From Myxococcota bacterium (GTDB lineage: Bacteria > Myxococcota > XYA12-FULL-58-9 > JALHOP01), in contig JBGGMJ010000129.1 in assembly GCA_041288095.1 (NCBI GenBank), forward strand, positions 1 through 63,838: 63,838 bases of DNA, written 5' to 3'. Shown here piece by piece: positions 34,526 through 44,702 of this stretch. Made by a program: the position numbers and the translations under genes. The notes below the pieces were generated by a model, which saw only the letters and a program-made list of their open reading frames with translations, searched no databases and had not been told where the DNA came from. Positions within the stretch are counted from its first letter, which is position 1; the number at the start of each line of letters is the position of its first letter.

Positions 34526-35031
34526 TTGCGAACCGGCCGCGCGGGGTTACCGCCCACCTCGGCGCCGGGAGGCACTCGACGGCTGACCACCGCGAACGCC
34601 TGGACCTTGGCGCCAGCGCCGATGGTGACGCCAGGCAGGACGATGGCTCGCTCGCCAAGTTCGACGGCATCCTCGATGATGACGGGCTCCGGCGGCGGAC
34701 GGTCGTGGCGGTTTCCGTGGAGCGAATGGAAGTTCGAGTCCATGATCTTCACGAAGGGTCCGACGCGCACGCCGTCACCGAGCGTGACCCGCTGACTGGC
34801 CTCGATGGAGACACCCTCGCTGAAGGCGCAGCGTTCGCCGAGGTTGAGCTCGGCCCCAGGAAACGTACGCAGCTCGATGCCGACCTCGCCGCCGTCGAGT
34901 GTCGTCTCGCGGCCGACCGCGACCTTGCCCGGGCCGTGCAGCCAGAGCCGTCCAACGATGCGCACGCCGCTCTTCTTGGCGCGCAGGCGGCGAGCCGCCA
35001 GGGCGGTGGTGATGCGGTGCCAGAGTCTCAC
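34522..35031 (-). CDS. Hexapeptide-repeat (LbH) acyltransferase
   Basis: MDSNFH, PVIIEDAVELGERAIVLPGVTIG...GGNPAR; GTG overlaps asnB stop. Confidence 0.85.
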   Translation of the reverse strand: MRLWHRITTALAARRLRAKKSGVRIVGRLWLHGPGKVAVGRETTLDGGEVGIELRTFPGAELNLGERCAFSEGVSIEASQRVTLGDGVRVGPFVKIMDSNFHSLHGNRHDRPPPEPVIIEDAVELGERAIVLPGVTIGAGAKVQAFAVVSRRVPPGAEVGGNPARPVRK

Positions 35032-37031
35032 GCCGCCTCCGCGACACGGTCGATGTCCGTTTTGATGGACACATCCGGCCCCTCGCGCCGATGAGCGACG
35101 AAGTCGCGATGGAGGATTTGCGTCGACAACACCGCGACGATGGCCATGTTGTCTGCGTTCGAAAACTGCGACGCGTCGCCACGTTGCAGTGCCTTGCTCC
35201 AAAGCTGGCCCACGGCCTTCGCGTCGAATACTCCCGCGGCTTCGATAGCGGACGCGCTCATGAGCTCGTCCACCCACTTTGGCCGTCCCGCGCCGACGAA
35301 AGCCATGGCGTCGGGAGCTCGGTAGGGCTGCTTGGGCCGCTCGCGGATGCTGTCGGGCACGAGCTCGCGGGCCGCTGCTTTGAGCACGTGCTTCTCGTCG
35401 AGCACCGCGAGCTTGTACGAGTCGGGAAAGCTGTTGGCGAGCGCCATGACGTCTTTGTCGAGGAAGGGGAAGCGTCCCTCGACCGAGCTCGCCATGAGCA
35501 TGCGGTCGCCTTGCGACGACAAGAGGTAGCCCGAGAGCAGTGTGCGCACCTCGAGGTACTGATCCTGCGCGAGGTGTGACCAGGCGCTGAAGGCGTCGGG
35601 CAGGTCGGCGAGGAGCTCGGCGACGACGTCGTGGCGGCCGACCGCTTCGCGCTGCGCCGACGAGAACAAGCGCTTCAACGCGGCGGCGCTGCTCCAACGC
35701 GGATGATGGGCGAAGCCGGGCTCGCGGGCCAGCTCCAGGCCGCGGCCGAAAAACTGGCGGGCGGTGGCCTGCTGCGCCACCGGGGAGCGTGTGAGATAGG
35801 GATAGAGCCGCTCGAGCAGACGCGGCCGCCACGTCGAATGCGGCCTGCGCGCCCAGAAGCGACGCACCTTGCCTTCGCGAAACAAGTCGTAGCCGGCGAG
35901 CACTTCATCAGCGCCCTCCCCGGTGAGCACCACTTTGATGCCGCGCTCACGCACGAGTTGCGACAGCAAATAGAGCGGCGCCGGGCCGCTGCGCAAAAGT
36001 GGCCGTTCGGTGTGCCAGATGACCTTGGGAAAGACCTCGGCGATGTCGCGCGTGCCAACGACGATCTCCGCGTGGTCGGTGCCGAGACGCTCGACCATGG
36101 CGCGCTGATAGGATGTCTCGTCGTATTCGGGATCGGCGAAGCGCAGCGAGAAGGTAGTGAATCCACTCGGCTTGGCGCGCTTCGCGAGCGCCGCGATGAC
36201 GCTGCTGTCGAGCCCGCCGGAAAGATAGCTGCCGACCGGCACGTCGGCGCGCAGCATGCGCAGCGCGGTGGCTCGCTCCAGAGCCTCGCGCAGGGCCACC
36301 GAGGCGTCCTCGATGCTTCCGCTGAAGCGGTCGACGTCACCCCGCGGATAGCGCGGTTCGAAGTAGGGCGTCTCGCGCGCCGCTTGCCCGGGCTTGTAGA
36401 TGCGCAGGTGGCCGGGGCGCAGCTCGTTCACGCCGCGAAAAACCGTTCGTGGCGCCACGACACTCCAGAACGTGAACGTCTGCTCGATACCCACGGCGTC
36501 GAAGGCTCGAGGCAGCTCGGGCACACCCGCGAACAGCGCCTTCACCTCGCTCGCGAACGCCAAGCGGCCATCGTGCTCGGCATAATAGAGGGGTCGTACG
36601 CCGACGCGGTCCCGGCAGAGCACCAGCATGTCCGCGCGAGCATCCCAAAGGGCTACGGCCCACTGTCCGTTGAAGCGGCCAAATGCCTCCTCACCCCATT
36701 GCTCCCATGCATGGACGATGACCTCGGTGTCGCTCTTGGTGGCGAAGCGATGACCGTACCCCTCGAGCTCGCCGCGCAGCTCGACGTAGTTGAAGATCTC
36801 GCCGTTGAAGACGATCCACAGATCGCCACTCTCGTTGGCGAGCGGCTGCTGACCGGTGCTCAGATCGATGATCGACAGGCGCGCATGCGCGAGGCCGGCC
36901 CGCTTGTCACGATAGATGCCGAGCTCGTCCGGACCCCGATGCGTCATGATGCCGAGCATGCGCGTCAGCCGTTCGCGCTCCACCGGCTCCGGGCGTCCGC
37001 GTAGATCGACGATGCCCGCGATACCGCACAC
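35028..37031 (-). CDS. asnB: Asparagine synthase (glutamine-hydrolysing)-like amidotransferase
   Basis: N-terminal CGIAG, HRGPD, NGEIFN, SYLSGGLDSS, TGEGADE, VEGRFPFLD. Confidence 0.9.
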   Translation of the reverse strand: MCGIAGIVDLRGRPEPVERERLTRMLGIMTHRGPDELGIYRDKRAGLAHARLSIIDLSTGQQPLANESGDLWIVFNGEIFNYVELRGELEGYGHRFATKSDTEVIVHAWEQWGEEAFGRFNGQWAVALWDARADMLVLCRDRVGVRPLYYAEHDGRLAFASEVKALFAGVPELPRAFDAVGIEQTFTFWSVVAPRTVFRGVNELRPGHLRIYKPGQAARETPYFEPRYPRGDVDRFSGSIEDASVALREALERATALRMLRADVPVGSYLSGGLDSSVIAALAKRAKPSGFTTFSLRFADPEYDETSYQRAMVERLGTDHAEIVVGTRDIAEVFPKVIWHTERPLLRSGPAPLYLLSQLVRERGIKVVLTGEGADEVLAGYDLFREGKVRRFWARRPHSTWRPRLLERLYPYLTRSPVAQQATARQFFGRGLELAREPGFAHHPRWSSAAALKRLFSSAQREAVGRHDVVAELLADLPDAFSAWSHLAQDQYLEVRTLLSGYLLSSQGDRMLMASSVEGRFPFLDKDVMALANSFPDSYKLAVLDEKHVLKAAARELVPDSIRERPKQPYRAPDAMAFVGAGRPKWVDELMSASAIEAAGVFDAKAVGQLWSKALQRGDASQFSNADNMAIVAVLSTQILHRDFVAHRREGPDVSIKTDIDRVAEAA

Positions 37032-37032
37032 G

Positions 37033-37308
37033 CTACCAGCCGAGCTTTCGCCGTACGTACGCCGCGAGGTTGTCGACGCTATCCAAATTGGCCGGGATCA
37101 TCTCGGCGTCGGCCACCTTCAGCTTGAACTCCTCCTCGAGGAACATGATGATCTCGAGGATGCCGGTGGAGTCGACGATGCCGCCGTCGAGGAGCGACGC
37201 CGAGTCGACGAGGTCGCTCGCGTTCGCAACGTAGAAATTCTTGAGGATGAAGGCGCGGACCTTCTCGCCTGGGCTGGGTTCCGGGGGAATGCTGAGTTGG
37301 GAGCTCAT
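37033..37308 (-). CDS. Acyl/peptidyl carrier protein
   Basis: SLLDGGIVDSTGILEII (Ppant Ser), NLDSVDNL. Confidence 0.9.
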   Translation of the reverse strand: MSSQLSIPPEPSPGEKVRAFILKNFYVANASDLVDSASLLDGGIVDSTGILEIIMFLEEEFKLKVADAEMIPANLDSVDNLAAYVRRKLGW

Positions 37309-37330
37309 TTGCGGAGGACTCTCTGGGCTC

Positions 37331-38905
37331 TCATCGGAGGCCCGATTTTGTGATCTTGCCGGTCGTCGTCTTGGGCAGCTCGGAGATGAGCTCCACGTGC
37401 TTGGGCACCATGAAGCTCTCGAGCTGTTTCTGGCACTCCTTCATGATGTCCTTTGCCGTCAGGGCCGCGCCCTGGTCGAGAACCACGAAGGCCTTGATGG
37501 CCTGGCCCAACAACTCGTCGGGCACACCGATCACCGCCGCCTCCCTCACGCCGGCGATGTTCATGATAGCGCACTCGACCTCCTTGGGCGCGACCTTCTC
37601 GGCCCGGGTCTTGATGATGTCGTCCATGCGCGCGACGAAGTAGAGGTAACCTTCGTCGTCGAGTCGGCAAAGGTCGCCGGTGTAGAACACCTGCTCGCCG
37701 GGCAGTGGACCAGGTCGCAGCACCAGGGCCGTCGCTTCCGGTTTCTCCCAGTAGCCTCGCATCACCGTGGCGCCGCGGATGACGAGCTGACCCACGACGT
37801 TCGGGCCGACCTTGTTGCCTGTCTCGTCGACGATCCAGAGCTCGGTGTTGGGGATGGCGATGCCGACGCTCGTCGGTTTGCGCTCGAGGTCCTCGGGGGG
37901 CAGGTACGTGCAGCGCTTGCACTCGGTGAGGCCGTACATCGAGTAGATGCGGGCCCGAGGGAATGCCCCGCGCAACACGCCGATGTGCTTGTCCGTGAGG
38001 GCCGCCGCGGTGTTGGTGATGTAGCGCACCGACGAGAGATCGAACTGCGCGAGGTCGGTCATGCCGGCGAGGACGGAGAAGATGGTCGGTACGCCGGGAA
38101 AGCCGGTTACCTTTTCGACCGCCATGACGGACAGCGTTTGCGCTGGGTATGCAAAGCCTCGTTCGAGCACCACGCGTCCGCCGACCGCGAACGTCATGAT
38201 CATCTGGTAGAGGCCATAGTTGAAGGCGAGCGGTAGCGCCGCGAGCACGACGTCGTCGCCGTCCATCTCGAGCAACGTGGTGATCGAGCGCGTGGCGGTG
38301 AGCATGTTGTGGTGCGTGAGCATCACGCCCTTGGGCTCGCCGGTGCTGCCGCTGGTGTAGATGATAGCCGCGAGATCGATGTCCAGGTTGTGTCGGCGCG
38401 GTGGCTCGGTCGAGGCGTCGAGCGCGGCCGACCAGGGCAGCACGTTCTTCACGTTCGGCAAGCGGGCAGGATCGAGGGCGCCGGCGACGATGGTGTGGCG
38501 TGGGTGCTTCGCCTTGGCGACGCCGCCGTCGACGACCGGCGATAGGTGGGCCTCGGTGATCAACACCTTGGCCCGGCAATCGTCGAGCAAGTAGGCGAGC
38601 TTGTCCTGCTTGGTTAGCGGATTGATGACGCTCGGCACGGCGTTGGCCTTGAGCGCCGCCCAGAACGAAACCACGGTCTCCCGCGAGTTGTCCGCGAAAA
38701 CGAGCACGCGATCACCGCGCTCGACGCCGAGCCGCTGGAGTGTATGGGCCACGGCGTTGGCTTGGCGGTCGAGCTCGCCGTAGGTCGTGCGCGTTCCTTT
38801 GACGACCAGGGCGACCTTGTCGGGATGACGGACCGCCGCGTCCTCGAGGAAGTCGTGCAACAGAGGCGTTGCGCGCGTGTGCTGGGTGGGCGGCGGGCCA
38901 AACAC
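37331..38905 (-). CDS. ANL-superfamily AMP-forming ligase (carrier-protein loading)
   Basis: YTSGSTGEPKGV, MYGLTECKR, YTGDL, PKTTTGKI. Confidence 0.9.
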   Translation of the reverse strand: MFGPPPTQHTRATPLLHDFLEDAAVRHPDKVALVVKGTRTTYGELDRQANAVAHTLQRLGVERGDRVLVFADNSRETVVSFWAALKANAVPSVINPLTKQDKLAYLLDDCRAKVLITEAHLSPVVDGGVAKAKHPRHTIVAGALDPARLPNVKNVLPWSAALDASTEPPRRHNLDIDLAAIIYTSGSTGEPKGVMLTHHNMLTATRSITTLLEMDGDDVVLAALPLAFNYGLYQMIMTFAVGGRVVLERGFAYPAQTLSVMAVEKVTGFPGVPTIFSVLAGMTDLAQFDLSSVRYITNTAAALTDKHIGVLRGAFPRARIYSMYGLTECKRCTYLPPEDLERKPTSVGIAIPNTELWIVDETGNKVGPNVVGQLVIRGATVMRGYWEKPEATALVLRPGPLPGEQVFYTGDLCRLDDEGYLYFVARMDDIIKTRAEKVAPKEVECAIMNIAGVREAAVIGVPDELLGQAIKAFVVLDQGAALTAKDIMKECQKQLESFMVPKHVELISELPKTTTGKITKSGLR

Positions 38906-38907
38906 GG

Positions 38908-39873
38908 CTATGCGGGCTCCATGAGCTTGGGTGGGCTGTGCAGGTACACCGCGAAGCGGCGCTTGCTCTGGATGTCCTTGTAGACGCGCTCGACCTGTTC
39001 GGCGGTGATGCCGATCACCGGCGCGGCGTCCGTGGCGGAAACCTCATGGTTGAAGGCGTAGAGGCAGAGGTCCATGCGGTCGTAGGGCAGGGCGAAATAG
39101 AACTCTTCCTGCGTCTGCGGCATCGAGTAGGTGTCGGTCGTGGGCGTGCGGCTACGAATCTGCTCCGGCACACCAAGCGCCGCGGCGAGGGCGAACACCT
39201 GCGTCTTGTAGAGGTGCGCGATGGGCTTCAGGTCCGCCGAGCCGTCGCCGAGCTTCACGAAAAAGCCCTGGTCGTACTCGAGCAAGTTCGGTGTGCCCGC
39301 TACAGCGTACGTCAGCCGATCCGCGTGGTAGTACTCGGTCATCTTGCGGACGCGCTGCTTGTAGTTGGTGGACGCGACGATCTGCAGATACGCCGCGGGC
39401 GGCATGCGCTCCGTCATTTGACGCCCGTCCGGCGTTTGCACCGTTAGGCGGTAGACGTTCAGGCGGTCGCTATCGAGGATCGACGGCAAGGTGATCTTGC
39501 ACTTCCAGCCGTCGCCGTAGTCGGGGAAGACGGTGCGGATGGCCTCGTTCTGGCGCGCGTAGCAGCCGGCACCCTCGAGGGCCGGTGCGATGTCCTCCGT
39601 GAGGGCTTTGATGCCGAGCGACTCCGCGAGCGCCTTGCCCAGGATGAGCGCGTCATCGCTCGTGTGATGCTCGGGCATGAACAGGCCCAGGACGCGCTCC
39701 TTACCCAGCGCTCGTACCGCCAGGGCAGCCGTGACCGAGCTATCGATGCCTCCGGACAGCCCCAAGACGATGCCACGCCGCTTCAGGTCGCCGATCGTGG
39801 TCCGGATGAAAGCGCTGATGCGCTCGATCTCACGCTCGCAATCGATATCCAAAACGCTCTTCGAGAAGGCCAC
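38908..39873 (-). CDS. nadE: NadE-like N-type ATP pyrophosphatase (NAD synthetase paralog)
   Basis: LGLSGGIDSS, NYKQRVRK, GTPNLLEYDQGFFVKLGDG, PIAHLYKTQV; GTG with GAGG RBS; real substrate may not be NaAD. Confidence 0.75.
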   Translation of the reverse strand: MAFSKSVLDIDCEREIERISAFIRTTIGDLKRRGIVLGLSGGIDSSVTAALAVRALGKERVLGLFMPEHHTSDDALILGKALAESLGIKALTEDIAPALEGAGCYARQNEAIRTVFPDYGDGWKCKITLPSILDSDRLNVYRLTVQTPDGRQMTERMPPAAYLQIVASTNYKQRVRKMTEYYHADRLTYAVAGTPNLLEYDQGFFVKLGDGSADLKPIAHLYKTQVFALAAALGVPEQIRSRTPTTDTYSMPQTQEEFYFALPYDRMDLCLYAFNHEVSATDAAPVIGITAEQVERVYKDIQSKRRFAVYLHSPPKLMEPA

Positions 39874-40024
39874 GGTACCTCGGGGCAGCAGAGCCACGGC
39901 GTTGCGCCGGGCTGGGGACGCATTGGGGGGCAATGCGCATGACAAGCATACACCCTCTTGGACGCGAGTGGCGCTGGCTTCATCAGCGCCCGTCGCCTAC
40001 ACTTTCCTCTAAATCGGCAAGTCC

Positions 40025-43000
40025 ATGAAAACCTTCGGGTCGCAAACCTTTCGCATCGCTCTGCTCGCTTTTCTATCGGCGTGCAGCGGGCAGCTTTCGC
40101 TCTTCGAGGACACCCTCGGGCAGCGCTGCGTGAGCTCGGCGGATTGTGGCTTTTCGCAGATCTGTTCGGCGGAGGAGCGCTGTGTTTCGTCGTCGGGCGC
40201 GTGCTCGGCGGCGGTGCCGAACGGCGACTGCGGGCGTGGACAGATCTGCAGCGGTGGGGTGTGCGTCTGCGTCAACTCGCAGTTCTGCGTGTGCGAGGGC
40301 CAGTGTCTCACCGGCTGGTGTGATTGCGACCCAGCGGAGGGCTGTGACGACGGCACCTGCCTGCCCATCGTCACCAGCGGACCAGGCGCCAACAGCTGTG
40401 CGCCCGAGCGGCCGAGTGGTCTGTGCGCCGATGGAGCCGCCTGTTGCGGCGGTAGCTGCTGCGTTCGCTCCGACGTCTGCGTCGACGCATGTGTGCCCAA
40501 CGAACGACCGTGCTCACCGGACGAGCCGCGCGGCTTCTGTGGCGCCGGCCTTGGCTGCAATAACGGTCGGTGCGAGCCCCTCGATCAATGTGCGTGCTCT
40601 CCGAATCGCACGCAGGGCTGCTGTCCCGACGGCCAGGCCTGCGACGGGGGTGCCTGCGTCGCCCAGGTTTGCGCGCCCGGAACGCCCGGAAGTTGTCCGC
40701 CAGGGCAGACATGTACGTCGATTGGCTGCGAGGCCATCCAGTGCGCGCTCGGCCACCCCGAGGGGCTCTGCGATAGCGGCTATTGCAGCGTCAACGGTAC
40801 CTGCATCCCGAACGGCACCTGCGGCGCGCGCGGCGACTGTGACGAGCAGTACTGCGCTTCGGACAATCTCTGTCGCGACTTCGATACCTGCCTCGTCGAC
40901 GGCGATTGCACCATCCAGCTCGGTCAGGGCTACGCGTGCGTCGGCGGGGGCTGCGTCGAGAACACCACCTGCGATGCGAGCAGCGATTGCAGGCCGCCGA
41001 AGTTTTGCAGCGCCGCCGGCAATTGCTTGGTGCCGGACCGCTGCGACGACAACTCCGACTGCACCGCGGGGAGTGAGTACTGCGCCGGTAACCAAGTTTG
41101 TACGCCGAACGGCTGCTGCGCCGTCGACCTCGACTGCGGTGGCGGCAAGATCTGCGTCGAGCGCGGCACCTGCGACGTCTGCATCGATCTCGGCACCTGC
41201 GAGCTGTCGAGCGACTGTCCGCCGGGGTACGCCTGCAACGCCGGTTCCAATGCTTGCGAGCTCACGGGCCAGGTCTGCAATAGCAACGACTTCACCGCGA
41301 GCTGTCCACCCGGTGAGCTCACGTGCTGTGCGAGCGGCAATTGCTGTCCCTTCGGCCAGCGCTGCGGCACCGTCGGGCGCTGCATCGGCTTCGGTCAGTG
41401 CAACGTCGCCGCTGATTGTGTCGACGGCTTCGCTTGCGTGGACTTCCGTTGCGTACCGCCCTCCGACAACGCCTGTCCGTGCCCGCTCGGTGAGCATTGC
41501 GCCACGGTGCGCGACGCCTCGGGCTTCGACGTCTCGGGCTGCGTCGCCGACGGGAGCTGCGCCGGCACCGACTGTCCCAACGATTTCCGCTGCAACGCCG
41601 AGTACCAGTGCGAGGTCAACCCACGCTGCGGCAACGAAGACCTCGCCGTCGGCGCCATCGTGCCGCCCAATGTGCTCATTGCCTTCGACCGATCCGGCAG
41701 CATGAATCTCTGCGGCGGCGGGCACGAAGCCTTCGGCGACTGCGGCTTCAACTACAGCGGCGATGGTTGCAACGACCGCAACCTCGGAACGACGTGTACG
41801 CCCTGCACTGACGATCCGAGCTGCGGAGGTAATCGCGAGTGCACGGCCTTCGGCTTCGATGACCCAGTGGGCGGCACGTTGGTGTGCAGCGACGAGGATT
41901 GCACCGCCAACTGCCTCGATCCACCGGCATGCACGCAGACGCAGACGGTGCCGCGCTGGACCGAAGCGCTCCTCGCCATCAAAGGCGGCACCGGCGGCAG
42001 TGGCGTGATCGGCCTCATCGACAGCTATCTGAACCAGGTCGCCTTCGGTCTGGCGATCTTCCCGCACCCGACTCCCGGCGCTACGTGCGCGCGCCCTTGC
42101 AACTGGACGAGCTGCAGCGACCGGAACAACACCTCGGCCGGCGTCGTCGATGTGCCCGTGGCGCTCAACAGCCGGCCCGCCATCGAAGACGCTCTCGACG
42201 GCACCGTCCCCGGCGGCGCGACCACGACAGCCGGCACCCTGCGCAACATTCTCGCGTTGCCCGACCGTGGCGGCTTGAACGACCCCGACCGTGCCAACGC
42301 CGTGCTCTTGGTCACCGACGGCGAGCCGACCTTCGACACGGCGCCGGTTTCGCAGTGCCAGCCGCCTTGCAGTGACGGCATCCAGGACGGTGACGAGACT
42401 GGCCGCGATTGCGGAGGCCTCTGTCCGCCCTGTCTCGATGTCGGCGGCGAAGCCTGCGGGAACGACGCGGCCTGCGACAGCAACGACTGCTTCGGCGCGG
42501 GCGGCTGCGCGCCTCCCACCTGCATCAGCGACGACGACTGCTTCTCGCATCTCTGCCGCAGCGGCGCCTGCCGGCCGGCGAGCTGCGGTGACGAGCTGCA
42601 ACTCGGCGCCGAGACCGACGTCGATTGCGGCGGCCCATGCCAACCGTGCGCCGACAGCTTGAAGTGTGTCGACGACGCTGACTGTTTGAGCGGTGTCTGC
42701 ACCGGCGCCTTCTGCAGCGCGCCCATCTGCACCGACGGCGTCGCCAACGGTACCGAGACCGGCGTCGATTGCGGCGGCACGTGCGCCGCCGGCTGCGGCA
42801 ACAACGCGGCCTGCCGCGAGGACGGCGATTGCCAGAGCGGGTTCTGCGACCCGGTCTTGTTGGTGTGCAAGCCGGGGCATTGCGACAGCGGCACGACCAA
42901 CGGTGGCGAGACCGGGGTCGATTGCGGTGGGCCGTGTCGGCCATGCGCGAGCCCTTGCACCAACGGCGTCCAAGACGGCGCCGAGACCGACGTCGATTGC

Positions 43001-43600
43001 GGTGGCGGCAGCTGTCCGGACTGCCCCGGAGCGCGCACCTGCTCCGGCGGTGGTGACTGCTTGAGCGGCACGTGCACGACCTGTGGCACCGTCATCTCGG
43101 GGGCCGACCAGAGCTGCCGCGTCAACGCCGCCATCGACCGGCTCTACAGTCAGACGCCGCGCATCAAGACCTTCGTGGTCGGCTTCGAGCTCGCCCAGAG
43201 TGCCAACCTCAACTGCAACGCCGTGCACGGCCGCACCCCCAACCGCAACGTCGCGGGCTGCGATGCGCTCACGCGGACGACCTGCGACGACGTCGGCGCA
43301 CCGACGTGTTACTACGAGGCCGGCGACGCCGGTGCCTTGCAATCGGCTCTGAACGACGTGATCTCGCGCGTCACGACGTGCCGCTTCGACCTCGCCGGGA
43401 TACCGATCAGCCGATCACAGCTCTCGGTCTTTCTCGAGAACACGGGCGACCCTGAAGATCGGGTGCAGATCTTCGACGGCGTCGGTTGGCGTTACGACTC
43501 CTTGGTCAATCAGCTCGAGCTCTTCGGCTCGAGCTGCGCCCTGGTGCGCGGTGGCACCCGGCGCCCGATCGTCGTCTTCCGCTGCGGTAGCTCCGGCTAG
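40025..43600 (+). CDS. Very large Cys-rich lipoprotein with interrupted VWA domain (CglB-like architecture)
   Basis: LSAC lipobox; many CxxxxDC repeats; NVLIAFDRSGSM MIDAS, LLVTDGEP, KTFVVGF; five ETxxDCGG repeats. Confidence 0.85.
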   Translation: MKTFGSQTFRIALLAFLSACSGQLSLFEDTLGQRCVSSADCGFSQICSAEERCVSSSGACSAAVPNGDCGRGQICSGGVCVCVNSQFCVCEGQCLTGWCDCDPAEGCDDGTCLPIVTSGPGANSCAPERPSGLCADGAACCGGSCCVRSDVCVDACVPNERPCSPDEPRGFCGAGLGCNNGRCEPLDQCACSPNRTQGCCPDGQACDGGACVAQVCAPGTPGSCPPGQTCTSIGCEAIQCALGHPEGLCDSGYCSVNGTCIPNGTCGARGDCDEQYCASDNLCRDFDTCLVDGDCTIQLGQGYACVGGGCVENTTCDASSDCRPPKFCSAAGNCLVPDRCDDNSDCTAGSEYCAGNQVCTPNGCCAVDLDCGGGKICVERGTCDVCIDLGTCELSSDCPPGYACNAGSNACELTGQVCNSNDFTASCPPGELTCCASGNCCPFGQRCGTVGRCIGFGQCNVAADCVDGFACVDFRCVPPSDNACPCPLGEHCATVRDASGFDVSGCVADGSCAGTDCPNDFRCNAEYQCEVNPRCGNEDLAVGAIVPPNVLIAFDRSGSMNLCGGGHEAFGDCGFNYSGDGCNDRNLGTTCTPCTDDPSCGGNRECTAFGFDDPVGGTLVCSDEDCTANCLDPPACTQTQTVPRWTEALLAIKGGTGGSGVIGLIDSYLNQVAFGLAIFPHPTPGATCARPCNWTSCSDRNNTSAGVVDVPVALNSRPAIEDALDGTVPGGATTTAGTLRNILALPDRGGLNDPDRANAVLLVTDGEPTFDTAPVSQCQPPCSDGIQDGDETGRDCGGLCPPCLDVGGEACGNDAACDSNDCFGAGGCAPPTCISDDDCFSHLCRSGACRPASCGDELQLGAETDVDCGGPCQPCADSLKCVDDADCLSGVCTGAFCSAPICTDGVANGTETGVDCGGTCAAGCGNNAACREDGDCQSGFCDPVLLVCKPGHCDSGTTNGGETGVDCGGPCRPCASPCTNGVQDGAETDVDCGGGSCPDCPGARTCSGGGDCLSGTCTTCGTVISGADQSCRVNAAIDRLYSQTPRIKTFVVGFELAQSANLNCNAVHGRTPNRNVAGCDALTRTTCDDVGAPTCYYEAGDAGALQSALNDVISRVTTCRFDLAGIPISRSQLSVFLENTGDPEDRVQIFDGVGWRYDSLVNQLELFGSSCALVRGGTRRPIVVFRCGSSG

Positions 43601-44640
43601 CTGAGCGCTATAGCGACCAGCGAGAGCGTGATGCTGGCCGGCCTGTATTTCCAGCGCTGGGCCGACGGGCACGTCGTGCTCAAGTGATCGAGGCCGGAGA
43701 TGAGCGCGTAGCGGCTGTTCGGTAGGAACGCGTCATCCGGCACGACCAGGCCGTCGGAGCGTTTGCGATAGCGGAGGCGCATGTAGTCGTTCGGCACGCG
43801 GTTCAGGGAGAACCAATCGCTGTCGGTGGTCGCGAGCGAGACGATGTTGAGGTCCTTCGGGAGCGGATGTTTCGCCAAGAACTCTCGGCGCTGCGAATAC
43901 GTGAGGTCCCGCGCCATGTCGCGGTTGCCGCGGATCAGGCCCTCGAGGAGGAACATCGTCACGTTCTTCTGTAGCGGATCGTCGGCGATGTCTTGGGCGA
44001 CCGGCGAACCGGCGTAGGGCGACTGCATGGTGATGAGCGCGTGCGTGACAGCAGCCACCTCGGGATACATGGCGATGGCGGCCGCGGAATCGAGCCCGCC
44101 CTTGCTGTGGCCGATGAGCACGACCTTCTTGCCGCCACTCGCCGCCGCCATCACGGCGTCGCGCACGACTTTGGCATTGGTCGCAACGCCCACCAAGCTG
44201 TCGATCTGGATGCGGCGTACGTCGAGGCCGGCGCCGCTGAGCGCCGCCATGTTCTCCTTCAGATAATACGCGCTCGGCACGCGGTCGCTGAAGATGCCGC
44301 CAATGCACAGGTAGACGAAGTCATTGGCGTTCGCGGGCAACACGTCGCCACCAGCGAAGGCTTTGGCGTTGAGCGCTTCGAACCGATCGGTGACGTTGGC
44401 GGCCGGCGGCGCTTCCTTCGCGAGCCAGCCGATCTGGTCGGCGCAGCCGGTGCCGCGCCAGTAGAACGGATTGCCGCGCCCAAAGCCCAGACCGGTGTCC
44501 CGTCCACGGGCGGCGGCGGCCTCGGCGGTCGGGCGGCGCATGGGGGTGACCTTTGGGGGGGCCTCCCTGGCTGGGCCGGCGTCGGTGGTCGTCCGCGGAG
44601 TGGCCGAAGGCGTTGTCGCGGTTGGGATTCGCTCGGTCAC
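43597..44640 (-). CDS. Alpha/beta-hydrolase (lipase-like) with disordered N-terminus
   Basis: VLIGHSKGGLD nucleophile elbow, SPYAGSPVA, SDGLV, LDH; Pro/Thr/Ala-rich N-terminus; GTG start inferred. Confidence 0.85.
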   Translation of the reverse strand: MTERIPTATTPSATPRTTTDAGPAREAPPKVTPMRRPTAEAAAARGRDTGLGFGRGNPFYWRGTGCADQIGWLAKEAPPAANVTDRFEALNAKAFAGGDVLPANANDFVYLCIGGIFSDRVPSAYYLKENMAALSGAGLDVRRIQIDSLVGVATNAKVVRDAVMAAASGGKKVVLIGHSKGGLDSAAAIAMYPEVAAVTHALITMQSPYAGSPVAQDIADDPLQKNVTMFLLEGLIRGNRDMARDLTYSQRREFLAKHPLPKDLNIVSLATTDSDWFSLNRVPNDYMRLRYRKRSDGLVVPDDAFLPNSRYALISGLDHLSTTCPSAQRWKYRPASITLSLVAIALS

Positions 44641-44702
44641 GGGTCCGTTATCGGCATCGGCGGCGGGCGGGTGCGCGGCCCGCATGGCACAACTCGGAGT
44701 GC

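Noticed and set aside
42368..43015. CRISPR-like or DGR-like DNA repeats (gagaccgacgtcgattgcgg)
   Set aside because: In-frame protein repeats with synonymous variation and irregular spacing; no cas or reverse transcriptase
40514..43342. 942-aa minus-strand ORF and similar long shadow ORFs (5806-7431, 12388-14073, 61339-63198 etc.)
   Set aside because: Antisense or alternate-frame artefacts of high GC3 codon bias over genes with clear motifs; no recognisable domains
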